Below are positions 62,761 to 64,000 of a stretch of DNA of 64,000 bases, piece after piece. The stretch is taken from NCBI GenBank assembly GCA_045159875.1, contig CP067995.1:2944001-3008000 (forward strand), given 5' to 3'. This stretch comes from a cyanobacterium endosymbiont of Rhopalodia gibba. GTDB taxonomy: Bacteria; Cyanobacteriota; Cyanobacteriia; Cyanobacteriales; Microcystaceae. The notes below the pieces were generated by a model. That model saw only the letters and a list, made by a program, of their open reading frames with translations, was not told the origin of the DNA and did not search any database. Positions within the stretch are counted from its first letter, which is position 1, and each line of letters opens with the position of its first letter. Position numbers and translations under genes: made by a program.

Positions 62761-63935
62761 CTTAAATCAGGGGTAGTTTTGAGGTAGCGAGGGGTTTTAA
62801 TTTTTTGCGATTGTGTTTGATATTCACCAGGAATTGGAGCCTCACCCCCTTGTAGTCCTAAGGATTTAACCATAGCAATATCTCGTTCTGGAAGCTGTCC
62901 AACGGTCGTGAGATAATGTCCAATTAGCATAGCATTAATTCCAGATTTTAATCCTAGACTTTGTAATTCGCCCATAGTTGTTTCTCGTCCTCCAGCATAA
63001 CGCAAGATTTGTTGAGGTAGGATAAAGCGAAAGATAGAAATCGCTTTGAGCGCGTCCAAGGGCTTAAGTGGAGAACGTTCTCCTAGGGGAGTTCCTTCTC
63101 TGGGATTAAGCAGATTTATCGGAACAGATTCTACCTCTAATTCTTGCAAGGCTAAAGCAAGATCTATCCGATCTTCCCAGGTTTCTCCCATGCCCAAAAT
63201 GCCTCCTGTACAAGCTTGAATACCTGCTTCTTTAATGTTTTTAACGGTTTTAATCCGATCACGCCAACTGTGGCTGGTAACGATTTCAGGATAAAAGTTT
63301 TCGGAGGCTTCTAGATTATGATTGTAGCGGGTAACTCCAGCCGCCTTCAAGGACCGGGCTTGCTCAGGAGTAATTTCTCCCAAAGCACAGCAAGGTTTAA
63401 TATTTGTTTCGGTAACAATTAGTCGAACAGTTTCTAAAATTTGCTCAAATTCTTTGGAGTTTGCTCCTTGGTATTTAGAACCTCGCCCTTGACTCACTAA
63501 ACAAAATCGCTTTGCCCCTGCTGTTGCTGCAGATTTAGCTTGGTTAAGAATTTCTTCGGAAGACTTTAACCCGTAAATGGGGGAGTTTTTTCCCTGATGA
63601 TGAATAGACTGGGAGCAAAAGCTACAATCTTCCGAACAGTTCCCCGATTTCACGTTAACAATGCTGCACAGATCCACTGTTGTCCCACAACAGGCCTGTT
63701 TAATATAGTCAGCCGCCTCGCATAGTAACAAAATATTCTCTTGTCCTTCAATTTCTGTGAGGGTTAAGGCTTCTGATCTAGTAATGCGAGTGCCCTCAAT
63801 AATTCTCTGGGCTAATTGATTAAGCCAGTCCTTTAAAATTTGTTTCCCTTTATGAAGTAAGGAAATGCTTGGAGAAGAGGAGGATACAGATACTTGAACC
63901 ACAATTGGTTTTCCCTGATGCTGTTTTAGAACCAT
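62727..63935 (-). CDS. bioB: Biotin synthase (alternative GTG start at 63902)
   Basis: Radical SAM motif CSEDCSFC, plus YNHNLE, CTGGILGMGE, VPINLL and LRYAGGRE. Confidence 0.96.
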   Translation of the reverse strand: MVLKQHQGKPIVVQVSVSSSSPSISLLHKGKQILKDWLNQLAQRIIEGTRITRSEALTLTEIEGQENILLLCEAADYIKQACCGTTVDLCSIVNVKSGNCSEDCSFCSQSIHHQGKNSPIYGLKSSEEILNQAKSAATAGAKRFCLVSQGRGSKYQGANSKEFEQILETVRLIVTETNIKPCCALGEITPEQARSLKAAGVTRYNHNLEASENFYPEIVTSHSWRDRIKTVKNIKEAGIQACTGGILGMGETWEDRIDLALALQELEVESVPINLLNPREGTPLGERSPLKPLDALKAISIFRFILPQQILRYAGGRETTMGELQSLGLKSGINAMLIGHYLTTVGQLPERDIAMVKSLGLQGGEAPIPGEYQTQSQKIKTPRYLKTTPDLRCLLPMNFSGQ

Positions 63936-64000
63936 ACGGATTGTATCATGAGGATACCCTATCTGTCTGAATCGACATAGTCTTGGCTAAAAGTGTGTGT

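Overview
AT-rich cyanobacterial DNA of Cyanothece/Crocosphaera/Rippkaea type, with intact coding sequence covering only about 44% of the window (about 28 of 64 kb, my hand sum). Intact genes include accC, pgi, tRNA-Gln(UUG), thiC with a TPP riboswitch, an M48 peptidase, recR, glsF, hom, hpnI, ldpA-ycf45, petL, aroB, rpe, tatA and bioB-bioY-lspA. They are separated by 1-4 kb eroded spacers containing pseudogenes at different stages of decay (psbH, a GH57 hydrolase, a bifunctional aldolase/SDR, a pentapeptide-repeat fragment) and dead IS elements (one IS982, two IS630). A destroyed PSII gene (psbH) beside retained cytochrome b6f (petL), GOGAT and sugar-phosphate genes fits a non-photosynthetic, reduced-genome endosymbiont such as a rhopalodiacean diatom spheroid body (diazoplast). 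That identity is an inference, since no nif gene lies in this window. Main observations outside the ORF track: (1) an IS200/IS605-type right end (omega-RNA-like) fused directly to the thiC TPP riboswitch; (2) many perfect 12-19 bp-arm palindromes in otherwise decayed DNA; (3) HIP1 sites eroding by C>T; (4) unannotated petL and the psbH relic. I found no CRISPR array, rRNA or intact mobile element. All family assignments come from recalled motifs, not database searches.
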